A stretch of DNA of 63,873 nucleotides, counting the filler, from Lama guanicoe (Eukaryota), in the NCBI GenBank assembly GCA_013239625.1. It is 185 parts of 185 records of this genome, joined end to end, with 100 filler letters (N's around TTAATTAATTAA, not from the genome) between each part and the next. Parts side by side here need not be neighbours in the genome. Positions count along the whole stretch, not along the records: positions 12,085 to 12,330 come from PNXV01047466.1; positions 12,431 to 12,676 come from PNXV01047467.1; positions 12,777 to 13,022 come from PNXV01047468.1; positions 13,123 to 13,368 come from PNXV01047469.1; positions 13,469 to 13,714 come from PNXV01047470.1; positions 13,815 to 14,060 come from PNXV01047471.1; positions 14,161 to 14,406 come from PNXV01047472.1; positions 14,507 to 14,752 come from PNXV01047473.1; 177 more parts are not named here. One strand, given 5' to 3'. Position 1 is the first letter of the stretch; the number at the start of each line of letters is the position of its first letter. Below, in pieces: positions 11,985 to 23,746 of this stretch. Below the pieces are notes generated by a model. That model was given only the letters and a program-made list of their open reading frames with translations, ran no database searches and was not told where the DNA came from. A program made the position numbers and the translations under genes.

Positions 11985-14900
11985 NNNNNNNNNNNNNNNN
12001 NNNNNNNNNNNNNNNNNNNNNNNNNNNNTTAATTAATTAANNNNNNNNNNNNNNNNNNNNNNNNNNNNNNNNNNNNNNNNNNNNCACAGTTAATAACGAT
12101 CTTAACCATGGGTTTTGTTGCTGTAACAGAGAACTGGGCCAAGACCCAGGGTTTTCCTGATCGGGCTGTCGGTGCTTTCGGCTGAGGCTTCCAGGCGGCC
12201 CCTTCCTACTCCCCACCTCGGGCTTGAACCGTGGGCGTGAGTCTGAAGGCGGGTGCAGAGCAAAGAGCCCCTTGTTCCTAGGTCACCCTGAGCTTGGGTA
12301 TCAGCCTTGAGGCGATATTTTCTTATGACANNNNNNNNNNNNNNNNNNNNNNNNNNNNNNNNNNNNNNNNNNNNTTAATTAATTAANNNNNNNNNNNNNN
12401 NNNNNNNNNNNNNNNNNNNNNNNNNNNNNNATGTAAGTTGACAATGTTGTGTTAATTTCTGGGGTACAGCATAGCAGTGTGGTCACACACACACGTACAG
12501 ACACTATTTTTGATCATCAGAGCAGACTAGTGGTCCCAGGAGGGGCTTTGTTTCCTCTAAAATATAGGAACTACTTTTTATCTTCAGCACTGGTTTCATG
12601 AAAAGCTACTCGTGTCCATAAGATTCAGCGCTGCTGAGTACCAGACAGCAGGTTTGACGTTCTTGGCTGGGGGGGGNNNNNNNNNNNNNNNNNNNNNNNN
12701 NNNNNNNNNNNNNNNNNNNNTTAATTAATTAANNNNNNNNNNNNNNNNNNNNNNNNNNNNNNNNNNNNNNNNNNNNACCTGCCTGCTAGAGGTTTTATGG
12801 GAATCCAATGATGATAAAAGCTGTTGGCACGGTAGCCGATGAGCAGAAAATGCTAATTACTTCTAACCGGGGTCTCTCCTTCACGAATAAAGATTGACCG
12901 CGGGGCAGGACCAAGGCACTGCGCTCCCCACAGCGCTCCCAGGGTGCCTGCCATTCCTGCCTGGTGCTGATCACGGCTTTTACTGAAGACACAAGCCTGC
13001 AGGCCACTTGGACCACCGTGATNNNNNNNNNNNNNNNNNNNNNNNNNNNNNNNNNNNNNNNNNNNNTTAATTAATTAANNNNNNNNNNNNNNNNNNNNNN
13101 NNNNNNNNNNNNNNNNNNNNNNATTATCTACCTATTTTAGAATGTTAGAGTTTAGAGAAAAAGTCAAGTGGGGATGACTTAACTTTTCATTGTACTTTTA
13201 CTATCTGTAGCATGTAACACTATTACTATTATACTTCTCTTTGAAGTTCCTTGAATTATGTTCCTCTGAGCATTCTAGGTGTTCTATTTTATGATGTTGT
13301 TACAAAATGAAGTCCACATCATTTATGATGTCTTCTTTCGTCTCTACTAGCAATTATCTTTTTTTTTTNNNNNNNNNNNNNNNNNNNNNNNNNNNNNNNN
13401 NNNNNNNNNNNNTTAATTAATTAANNNNNNNNNNNNNNNNNNNNNNNNNNNNNNNNNNNNNNNNNNNNGCACCTGGGTAGAGGTTTTTTGATTTTGCTTA
13501 TATTAAAAGGAAACAAAGAACAAAATCTTTGGCTTTACTACTCTTTGCATAGTTGCTTTATCTCTCTAATTTATATTCACACCTGTAATATTTAGGATCA
13601 TGTTTCTTTCATTTTTTAAATATTTTTAATCATTTTACTATGTTGTCTCACATTCCATTGTAGAACACAACTTTTTAGGTACAATGAACATATATACATT
13701 TGTTGTCCCATTTTNNNNNNNNNNNNNNNNNNNNNNNNNNNNNNNNNNNNNNNNNNNNTTAATTAATTAANNNNNNNNNNNNNNNNNNNNNNNNNNNNNN
13801 NNNNNNNNNNNNNNGCCCTTTCTGCCTCACAGACTGGGTGTTAGGACCAAAGAGAAGAATCCATGCGGAAGGGCTCTAAGCTTGAAGCCATCCCTGGCTT
13901 TGTCACCACCTTGAAGAGCGGTCCCACAAGCAGCTGGTGCTGAAAACTGTGGACATCTATGGGGCATAACCGCAGCCCGCATCTCAGAGCCCCTTGCCTC
14001 AGGCTGGGACAGGGAGGGGACAGCTCACTTCCTAATGTCGGCTCCGGTCCCAGTGCCTCCNNNNNNNNNNNNNNNNNNNNNNNNNNNNNNNNNNNNNNNN
14101 NNNNTTAATTAATTAANNNNNNNNNNNNNNNNNNNNNNNNNNNNNNNNNNNNNNNNNNNNATATTACATATTGAATGAAATAAATGCATTATTTTTTGAA
14201 GATCTTTAACTGACACAAATAGAATATTTGCTTGGATAAGCAAACCTATTATCCACAGAAGAAGGGAAGACCTTTTCAAAGGAGGGAAATGCCTTATGTA
14301 GTTCAAATGAGCTTGCTGAAAACACCAGGGAGAAAAAAATTGAAAACATTACCCCTGTATCTGTTTATGCATCAGAAAAGTGGAACAGGCACATCTGCAT
14401 CATTAANNNNNNNNNNNNNNNNNNNNNNNNNNNNNNNNNNNNNNNNNNNNTTAATTAATTAANNNNNNNNNNNNNNNNNNNNNNNNNNNNNNNNNNNNNN
14501 NNNNNNGTAAGCAAGCGTAGGGCCTCCAGCTCTGAGCTCTGGAAAGCTTCAGCCAACAAATCGCTCATCTCATCACTCAAGCTCTACCTAAGCAGATTTC
14601 CCATACGACCTAGCCCAGGCAATCCAGTGGCATGTGCATGACAATAATGGTAAACTATAGGAGATAATGCTCTAAGGGAGGGGAATCTTCCTTTCAATTC
14701 ATCGGAACTGCAAGTCCAAGAAGGCAGGCCAAACCCCAGTGATTTTTTTTCCNNNNNNNNNNNNNNNNNNNNNNNNNNNNNNNNNNNNNNNNNNNNTTAA
14801 TTAATTAANNNNNNNNNNNNNNNNNNNNNNNNNNNNNNNNNNNNNNNNNNNNAAAAAAAAAACACATTAAGCATAACAGCCTATAGTACCAACATCACAA

Positions 14901-15609
14901 TTAATTTAGAAATGTTTGCTTCTCCGTGCTTTGTAAACATACTTTATACGCTATTCAAGTATGGAAGCCAGAAACAGTTGACATGAATAACAGAGGAACA
15001 ATTCCACTGATGAAGTTCCGAGGCGAAAACCATGGGTTGTGTCCTCCTGTAGATTTTAATATGAAACTCTTTTCACAGTTAGGGGAGTTCCACTGAAANN
15101 NNNNNNNNNNNNNNNNNNNNNNNNNNNNNNNNNNNNNNNNNNTTAATTAATTAANNNNNNNNNNNNNNNNNNNNNNNNNNNNNNNNNNNNNNNNNNNNTT
15201 GCCCGGGCTGCCCGCGTGCAGCAGGGGAGGGGCTCTGAGCCCCAGGCGAGAGAAGCCCAGGGCTTGGAAGATGAACTTCTTGTGCACAGGGGGGATGAGA
15301 CTCCTAGCCTTTTCAACTGGCTGTTTAAAATAGTATCCGTAACACTTTGGACACGGGAAGAATAAGGCTACTTAAGAAAAGATGAGACTCAAAACATGAA
15401 GGGAACTGAAGATAGTGATCTCCAGAAATTAACACAAATTGTAANNNNNNNNNNNNNNNNNNNNNNNNNNNNNNNNNNNNNNNNNNNNTTAATTAATTAA
15501 NNNNNNNNNNNNNNNNNNNNNNNNNNNNNNNNNNNNNNNNNNNNGACAAGAACCTAATCACTAGCAACAATATGGATACAAAATTAAAGGAACAGAAGAT
15601 AAAATTTCT

Positions 15610-15790
15610 TGTGTGTGATGTTCTTAGGAGTTTCTCTCTTGACAATTTTCATATATAACATGTAGCAGTTAATTATATTTATCAGTTTGTACATAACAGC
15701 TTTAGTATTTATTTATCTTATACCTGGAATTTGTAGTGACTTTTGACTGCCTTTATCCAGTTCCCCCTCTTCCTCCTCCCCACCTCTCAT
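15610..15790 (-). mobile_element. LINE-1 3' UTR fragment
   Basis: cttaggagtttctctcttgacaattttcatatataacatgtagcagtt..atttatcttatacctggaa..tttgac. Confidence 0.6.
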
Positions 15791-16236
15791 NNNNNNNNNN
15801 NNNNNNNNNNNNNNNNNNNNNNNNNNNNNNNNNNTTAATTAATTAANNNNNNNNNNNNNNNNNNNNNNNNNNNNNNNNNNNNNNNNNNNNTAGTATGTGG
15901 GAGTTATCGAGGGAGAGCTGTTTTGCGTGCATCTGGTGCGGGGTGGTTTCCTCCCCACCTGTGGTGGCCCCGAGGGCCCTCAGACAGCACCAGGGCTCCT
16001 TCCGGGACAGGCCTGATGCGTCAGCCCTGGGCCATGGCACAATGTCCCTCCCTGTTGCCGCCAGCTTGGAATCTCTGCCATCAAGCCCGATGGGCCTGAA
16101 CAAACCCCGTCAGTGATGGGGTCCCTGTGCTGCCCCNNNNNNNNNNNNNNNNNNNNNNNNNNNNNNNNNNNNNNNNNNNNTTAATTAATTAANNNNNNNN
16201 NNNNNNNNNNNNNNNNNNNNNNNNNNNNNNNNNNNN

Positions 16237-16460
16237 TTTCTGGATTACGTGGTAATTTTTTGTCTGACTTTTTGAGGAACTGCTGAAGTTTTCGTAGCAG
16301 CCGCCCTTTCCTCTCCCACAGAAGAACGCAGGGGTTCAGTTTCTCCACATCCTCACCAGCACTCCCCTTCCGTTTTCCTAACAGTCATCCTAATGGACGG
16401 AAAGTGCCTTTCATGTGGGTATGATTTGCGTTTCAACGGCAAGTGATGTTGAACATCGTC
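16237..16460 (-). mobile_element. LINE-1 ORF2 C-terminal fragment
   Basis: tttttgaggaactgc..gttcagtttctccacatcctcaccagcact..gtcatcctaatg..gatttgcgtttc..gatgttgaacatc. Confidence 0.75.
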
Positions 16461-16589
16461 TTTGGAGTAACAGCCAGTGACTNNNNNNNNNNNNNNNNNN
16501 NNNNNNNNNNNNNNNNNNNNNNNNNNTTAATTAATTAANNNNNNNNNNNNNNNNNNNNNNNNNNNNNNNNNNNNNNNNNNNNCATCCTC

Positions 16590-16828
16590 TAAAGCCATGA
16601 TCCTCAAAGCAGTTTGGTGCTTGTACATAAATATACAAATAGATCAGTGAAATAGAATAGGAAGTCCAGAAATAGAGCTGAATTGTTAAGGGACATCTGA
16701 TATATTATAAACATTACATCTGACGTTATAAGGCTTAAACTGACTTTTTAATAAATGTTTTTTGGAAACTATTGCACAGCCAGTTGGGGAAAAATATAAA
16801 ATATTACAATACACAAGAATAAACTTCC
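16590..16828 (+). mobile_element. Old LINE-1 ORF2 fragment
   Basis: caaatagatcagtgaaatagaataggaagtccagaaatag..tttttaataaatg..ggaaact. Confidence 0.65.
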
Positions 16829-16928
16829 NNNNNNNNNNNNNNNNNNNNNNNNNNNNNNNNNNNNNNNNNNNNTTAATTAATTAANNNNNNNNNNNNNNNN
16901 NNNNNNNNNNNNNNNNNNNNNNNNNNNN

Positions 16929-17128
16929 CTATGTCTATGAGTCTATTTCTGGTTTGTAAATAAGTTCATTTGTATCAGTTTTTTTAGATTCCACATATAA
17001 GTGTTATCATATGATATTTGTCTTTATATTTCTGACTTACTTCACTTAGTATGATAATCTCTAGGTCCCATCTATGTTGCTGCAAATGGCATTATTTCAT
17101 TCTTTCTTATGGCTGAATAATATTCCAT
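16929..17128 (-). mobile_element. LINE-1 3' UTR (laurasiatherian type)
   Basis: ttttagattccacatataagtg..tctgacttacttcacttagtatgataatctctaggtcc..gttgctgcaaatggcattatttcattctt. Confidence 0.85.

Positions 17129-17172
<44 letters not shown>
17129..17172. repeat. (TAGA)11 microsatellite, truncated by contig end
   Basis: Perfect tetranucleotide run. Confidence 0.97.
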
Positions 17173-17272
17173 NNNNNNNNNNNNNNNNNNNNNNNNNNNN
17201 NNNNNNNNNNNNNNNNTTAATTAATTAANNNNNNNNNNNNNNNNNNNNNNNNNNNNNNNNNNNNNNNNNNNN

Positions 17273-17518
17273 AGCCTTGCCTGCCAGATGAGAACAACAC
17301 ATGAGCACACAGTTATCTCCACTGCCCTGCTAACAACCAGTCAACCCTTAGATCTGCAAATACGCCACAGATCATTAGCTGACAGCAGGTGGACAAGTGA
17401 ATCCAGTTGACACCATGAGGAGAAGAGAAAAACTCTCTCAGTAGAGTCTCTCCCAAATTGCTGACCACCTCCCCCAAACCATAAGCAAATAAATAAATGA
17501 TTTGATGTTTTAGACCAC
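17273..17518 (+). mobile_element. MaLR LTR fragment (MLT1F/G/H-like)
   Basis: gctgacagc..aagtgaatccag..cccaaattgctgacc..ataagcaaataaataaatga..gttttagaccac. Confidence 0.5.
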
Positions 17519-18374
17519 NNNNNNNNNNNNNNNNNNNNNNNNNNNNNNNNNNNNNNNNNNNNTTAATTAATTAANNNNNNNNNNNNNNNNNNNNNNNNNN
17601 NNNNNNNNNNNNNNNNNNAAAAAAATCTGTAAGGGAACTCAGAACTGTCAGGGGAAGTGTAAATAATATCATCCCCTAAGACGAAGGTGCCAGGCTGTCC
17701 CTGACAAGGATCACAGGCAGCGGGGCGGCAAGCCCAGGGGTTGGGAGGAGGGCGGTGGCCACGCGGCCCAGTGTTTAAAGCTGTCAGTGCCTCTGGCAGC
17801 CGGGAGGTCCACTCAGGAGTCCATCTCCTGCCCTGTAACTTAAGGAGCAGGGATTTTAGAAGCCNNNNNNNNNNNNNNNNNNNNNNNNNNNNNNNNNNNN
17901 NNNNNNNNTTAATTAATTAANNNNNNNNNNNNNNNNNNNNNNNNNNNNNNNNNNNNNNNNNNNNGAGTTAGTAGGTCCCAACTACACAGACCAGCATGTA
18001 TGCATGTGTGTACTTACAAGGCTTCTGTGGCTTATGACAACAACGACAATAACAACAACAAAACACTGGCAAATACACTATCCTTCTTAGCAACAAATTA
18101 ATAAAATAGAGTGAACACAAAGATACTTATGACAGAAAAGCCAATTACCCTTTCTATTTTTTCAAGTGTATTTTTTTAATTTAATGCTTGAATATCTATA
18201 TCTGAACATGNNNNNNNNNNNNNNNNNNNNNNNNNNNNNNNNNNNNNNNNNNNNTTAATTAATTAANNNNNNNNNNNNNNNNNNNNNNNNNNNNNNNNNN
18301 NNNNNNNNNNCCATCTTCTCCCTCCCTCACTGCCCCACCTTCTCTCACAGAACCCAGAGGATCGCTGGCCCTCT

Positions 18375-18386
18375 TGCGCATGCGCA
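18375..18386. promoter_or_regulatory. Perfect NRF1 binding palindrome TGCGCATGCGCA in a GC-rich fragment
   Basis: Exact match to the NRF1 consensus YGCGCAYGCGCR, in GC-rich contig 18311-18556. Confidence 0.6.
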
Positions 18387-19055
18387 GTCGGTGCCAGCTG
18401 GTCAGCTGGTTGGAAGCTCCATCTTCGAGCCAGGGATCAGCCCAAAGGCTTCTCAGCTCTGTCGCCCGGTAGGTCTTTGGCTCCTGCCTGGGGCCGGGGC
18501 CTCTGGCTGTGGAAGTGCAAGTTGGGGGGATCTCAAGAAAGGGTTCAGGCGGCTGCNNNNNNNNNNNNNNNNNNNNNNNNNNNNNNNNNNNNNNNNNNNN
18601 TTAATTAATTAANNNNNNNNNNNNNNNNNNNNNNNNNNNNNNNNNNNNNNNNNNNNTGACCTTGGGTAAAGCTCGTCCCTTCTCTGGGCCTTAGTTGGCC
18701 CTGCTGTCAAAGGGGAGATGAGGGAGTTGCAGCAGAAAGGCCACTGATGTGGGCATGTTGTCCATGACCACGTCTGCTCCTTGCCCAGCCTGTGAAGTCC
18801 GGGGGTCATCCAGAGGCTGGTAAACCCCTAGTTGTTCATCGAGGTCTTTGCACTCACAGTCAACAGGCCACATTTCATCAGTGGCCTTTAAAAGTGGCAG
18901 AANNNNNNNNNNNNNNNNNNNNNNNNNNNNNNNNNNNNNNNNNNNNTTAATTAATTAANNNNNNNNNNNNNNNNNNNNNNNNNNNNNNNNNNNNNNNNNN
19001 NNATGCTCAGCTCAGATCCTTATAATATTGAAGACATTAGAAGTAGATCTATTGA

Positions 19056-19177
19056 GGCAGGGGAGGGTATAGCTCAACTGGTAGAGCTCATGCTCAGGAT
19101 CAGGATCTGGGCTCAATCCCCGGCACCTCCTCCAACATAAACAAGTAAACCTAATTACCACCCCCCACCCCCCAAAA
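19056..19177 (+). mobile_element. tRNA-derived SINE, camelid type, with 15-bp TSD
   Basis: ggggagggtatagctcaactggtagagc (A box), gggctcaatcccc (B-box-like), tail taaacctaattacc-C-run-A-run; direct repeat aagtagatctattga at 19041-19055 and 19178-19192. Confidence 0.88.
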
Positions 19178-19715
19178 AAGTAGATCTATTGATACAACAA
19201 ACATGTACTAGGTCTGCTCTGTGAAAAATTCTGAGCCAGGCCCTTAAGNNNNNNNNNNNNNNNNNNNNNNNNNNNNNNNNNNNNNNNNNNNNTTAATTAA
19301 TTAANNNNNNNNNNNNNNNNNNNNNNNNNNNNNNNNNNNNNNNNNNNNTGCCATCTCCCAGCCTCCCAGCACTGGTCTAGAGCCTTAGGGTAAAAAAACA
19401 AAAAACAAAAAACAAAAAAAACCCCCCAGCCATCTAAATGTTTACAGCCAAGCAGGGGAGAGGTTTTAAAAGGCAGAGATCCGCGTGTACAATTTCCTGA
19501 CAACTTTCTACACTATGATCCTGGGACCATACTAGTGGAATATTATCAAAAGAACTCTTGAAGAAGCCAAACGGAAGGCATGCGTCCCTGGAAANNNNNN
19601 NNNNNNNNNNNNNNNNNNNNNNNNNNNNNNNNNNNNNNTTAATTAATTAANNNNNNNNNNNNNNNNNNNNNNNNNNNNNNNNNNNNNNNNNNNNTTAAAA
19701 TTTCATGAGTAAAAT

Positions 19716-19909
19716 GGGGGAAGGATATAGGTCAGTGGTAGAGAACATGCTTAGCATGCACACGGTCCTGGGCTCAGTTCCCAGTATCTACATTAAAGTA
19801 AGTAAGTAAGTAAGTAAATAAATAAATCTAATTAACACCCCCCCCAACAAACAAAGATGAAAAGTAAAATTTTTTAAATCCCAGCTATATTAAAAAAAAA
19901 CAACACTGT
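19716..19909 (+). mobile_element. tRNA-derived SINE, camelid type, with TSD
   Basis: gggggaaggatataggtcagtggtagagaacatgcttagcatgcacacggtcctgggctcagttcccagtatct, (TAAG/TAAA)n, ctaattaacaccccccc; exact direct repeat ttcatgagtaaaa at 19702-19714 and 19915-19927. Confidence 0.85.
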
Positions 19910-20732
19910 AAAAATTCATGAGTAAAAAGGTTCAGAGGTANNNNNNNNNNNNNNNNNNNNNNNNNNNNNNNNNNNNNNNNNNNNTTAATTAATTAANNNN
20001 NNNNNNNNNNNNNNNNNNNNNNNNNNNNNNNNNNNNNNNNAAAAAAACTTTTCAGGAATATTGGGGTCTTGAAGAAGTACCCTCTGACATGCACAGGGAA
20101 AAGATTAGGTATTAGAAAAATGAAACATCAAATGCATGATTTGCAGCTAGTAATGCCAGAAGTCACCATCTTTCATTCCATTTCCTTTTTCCTAAATCAA
20201 TTTCAAGAATTATCAAATATCAAAAATATTGTTTTGAATAAAGTCATCGCCACAAGTTGTGTGTTGCAGAGACTTGCTGGGAAAGGNNNNNNNNNNNNNN
20301 NNNNNNNNNNNNNNNNNNNNNNNNNNNNNNTTAATTAATTAANNNNNNNNNNNNNNNNNNNNNNNNNNNNNNNNNNNNNNNNNNNNCTTAAGGAGTTTAT
20401 TTATCTATCTAAAGCTTATGCAGGAATAAAGGTTAAAAAAGTGAGAGAGAATTGTAAAAGAAGGGAGGATAAAAGGTTTGAAAACTCATATAATCAATAA
20501 CAGAAGAACAAATTGAAGCAAAATAACAATTGAGTTGAGAAGTCTTTTAAAAACCTTAAAAAAGGAGAAAAAGATATTTGAAACCTGAGTGTAATCAATA
20601 ACAGGAGATCAAAACCAAGAGAAATAAAAATGNNNNNNNNNNNNNNNNNNNNNNNNNNNNNNNNNNNNNNNNNNNNTTAATTAATTAANNNNNNNNNNNN
20701 NNNNNNNNNNNNNNNNNNNNNNNNNNNNNNNN

Positions 20733-20978
20733 TATAAGTATTAAATTAATAATTTATAATTAGGTTTCTTAACTATTCAGGTTTACCCAATTTATATCCT
20801 TTTTAATTTTTTATCGTATTTTCTGCTTCTGTTATGGAACTTTCATAATGTTTTCTACAACCAAATTATTAAGCTCTGATCAGCTTAAGCTATATAAAGT
20901 ATGCATATTCTGCTTTTTGAAAAAATATGTCTTTGTCCATGAAAGGCAATGAAATCAATTATTAATTTCTTTTCTTCT
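20733..20978. repeat. Near-identical copy of contig 22463-22708
   Basis: Same start, end and length; 6 substitutions in 246 bp. Confidence 0.97.
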
Positions 20979-22462
20979 NNNNNNNNNNNNNNNNNNNNNN
21001 NNNNNNNNNNNNNNNNNNNNNNTTAATTAATTAANNNNNNNNNNNNNNNNNNNNNNNNNNNNNNNNNNNNNNNNNNNNGCCATAATATAGAAAGTACTGG
21101 CAGGCCTGTCCTACTGGTAAGCCAGACGTGCATCCGTCCGCCAAAACCCACAGGGATTTTGACATGATCTTGAGCTGGACCTCTACTATCATGGTTTTTA
21201 GGTTTGTACTTCTATACAAAATACTAGCACCTTCTCTCCTGTGAGGTATATACTCCACGGAACTACTCACTTCTTTTTTCCCAAGATGGAGTGTTCTTTT
21301 GATTCCTCCAAGTACTGAAATGTANNNNNNNNNNNNNNNNNNNNNNNNNNNNNNNNNNNNNNNNNNNNTTAATTAATTAANNNNNNNNNNNNNNNNNNNN
21401 NNNNNNNNNNNNNNNNNNNNNNNNTGTGTGTGTGTGTCGGAATGAGAGTGTGTTAGCATATTACTAATGTGTCTGCTTCAATGTTTATGTGGTTTTTGCT
21501 CTTACGGTGTTAAATTTAAATTTAAATGACTTAGTATGAAAGGCAGTTGAACGCTGGAAAACTGATTGTTGGTAACACTATTTTAATGTGGGTTTAATAT
21601 TATCATTTTTTATTATTTGTGTTAAATTTATATTTTAAAATATGTTAATATAAAACACAACATGTATATTNNNNNNNNNNNNNNNNNNNNNNNNNNNNNN
21701 NNNNNNNNNNNNNNTTAATTAATTAANNNNNNNNNNNNNNNNNNNNNNNNNNNNNNNNNNNNNNNNNNNNGGGCACCTGAGCCATCATTTAATTCAGATG
21801 CCTTATTTTATAGAAATATGAGTCCCAATGGAAAAGCTACTGCACAGTTTTTTAGTGGCATTGTTAGACCTAAAACCCTAATCTAAGACTCAGTCATATG
21901 CCTTTCATGATATAGTAATCAGATCTCATCATAAATTCTAGGAAATGGTCCTTTTTCTGGATTTGATTATATCTTACGTTATTTAAACTAAGGTAGTCAT
22001 CATCTGGGCAGAAATTNNNNNNNNNNNNNNNNNNNNNNNNNNNNNNNNNNNNNNNNNNNNTTAATTAATTAANNNNNNNNNNNNNNNNNNNNNNNNNNNN
22101 NNNNNNNNNNNNNNNNAATCTGGGAAATGAATTAGGCCGGAGTAACTCGATAATTATGCAGCATGCATCCTGTTGGAAGACATGGTAATAGATGCCGTGG
22201 CATTCACCAGCTCAGGAGGGAAAGCGGGCACATGGACGTGCCCCTGGCACCCCGGGGGGTGGAGGTGGGCCGGGAGGGCAGGCGGGTGGTGGGGACTCGA
22301 TACAGAGGCCATCGCAGGTTCCCAGTAACTGACACCCACACAGAAAGCTTATGTACAAGAGANNNNNNNNNNNNNNNNNNNNNNNNNNNNNNNNNNNNNN
22401 NNNNNNTTAATTAATTAANNNNNNNNNNNNNNNNNNNNNNNNNNNNNNNNNNNNNNNNNNNN

Positions 22463-22708
22463 TATAAGTATTAAATTAATAATTTATAATTAGGTTTCTT
22501 AACTATTCAGGGATACCCAATTTATATCCTTTTTAAATTTTTATCGTATTTTCTGCTTCTGTTATGGAACTTTCGTAATGTTTTCTACAACCAAATTATT
22601 AAGCTCTGATCAGCTTAAGCTATACAAAGTATGCATATTCTGCTTTTTGAAAAAATATATCTTTGTCCATGAAAGGCAATGAAATCAATTATTAATTTCT
22701 TTTCTTCT
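22463..22708. repeat. Near-identical copy of contig 20733-20978
   Basis: Same start, end and length; 6 substitutions in 246 bp. Confidence 0.97.
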
Positions 22709-23154
22709 NNNNNNNNNNNNNNNNNNNNNNNNNNNNNNNNNNNNNNNNNNNNTTAATTAATTAANNNNNNNNNNNNNNNNNNNNNNNNNNNNNNNNNNNN
22801 NNNNNNNNTCAAGAAAGAGAGTCTCTCACTGGGAACTTTTATCAGGAAATGGACAAATAGATGAGAAACTATGGCATGAATGTAAAAAATAAAAAGCAGG
22901 GCATTTTGAAAACTATCTATAATAAAACTTATTCTATTTCCTAATGTATCTAACATAGACTATAAGCTCCAAATGATAATAGTACAAAAAATAGTTGATA
23001 AAATTAGAAAGTCTGATGAACTTCATGGCTGAGTTTCAGCTCCGAGGACTTGAANNNNNNNNNNNNNNNNNNNNNNNNNNNNNNNNNNNNNNNNNNNNTT
23101 AATTAATTAANNNNNNNNNNNNNNNNNNNNNNNNNNNNNNNNNNNNNNNNNNNN

Positions 23155-23395
23155 ACAGAGACTTGACACGTGCTTATGTATTTCCGCTTGCCCTCATAGG
23201 CTTCTGTCATTGCCATGAGAATATACCTTGGATAGAGCACTGGTCCAAGGATAAGACAAACATGGAACAGCTCAGTCTAGATCAGCTGACAGCCATTTAA
23301 CCTGCAAACATGAAGAAGAAGAAATGACAATTGATTTAAGTAACTGAGTCTGGGGTGGCTTGTTACACAGCATTTTTGTGGCAGTAGCTGACACA
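23155..23395 (+). mobile_element. MaLR LTR 3' part (MLT1I/J-like)
   Basis: ttctgtcattgccatgagaa..ctggtccaagga..tttaagtaactgagtctggggtggcttgttacacagcatttttgtggcagtagctgac. Confidence 0.7.
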
Positions 23396-23664
23396 GCTGG
23401 NNNNNNNNNNNNNNNNNNNNNNNNNNNNNNNNNNNNNNNNNNNNTTAATTAATTAANNNNNNNNNNNNNNNNNNNNNNNNNNNNNNNNNNNNNNNNNNNN
23501 ATCCAGGCCTTCTGGAAAGTTCCAAACCAACAGAGCCTCCAGGTGATGGTGGAGGAAGACACAATCTCCCCGCCAACAGTGGGTGGCGCAAAAGGACTGC
23601 TTAGCTGTGCTCAGGAAACCCACAGGATTATGAGAAATGATAAATCACTGTTGTTTCATTTTTA

Positions 23665-23746
23665 AATTTTTTTTATTGAAGTATAGTCAGTTTACAATTT
23701 GTGTTAATTTCTGGTGCCTAGCATAATGACTCAGTTTTATATGTGT
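23665..23746 (-). mobile_element. LINE-1 extreme 3' end
   Basis: ttttttattgaagtatagtcagtttacaat..gttaatttctggtg..agcataatgactcagtt; similar ends near 12431, 31305 and 37045. Confidence 0.75.

Noticed and set aside
19060..19135. tRNA-like sequence (also 19716-19790)
   Set aside because: Degenerate B box, no proper cloverleaf, SINE tail and TSDs present: these are tRNA-derived SINEs, not tRNA genes
20387..20978. Possible Mycoplasma-type (TGA=Trp) contaminant in AT-rich contigs
   Set aside because: In the frames I translated on the A-rich strand, TAA/TAG stops remain even with code 4, so there is no positive evidence
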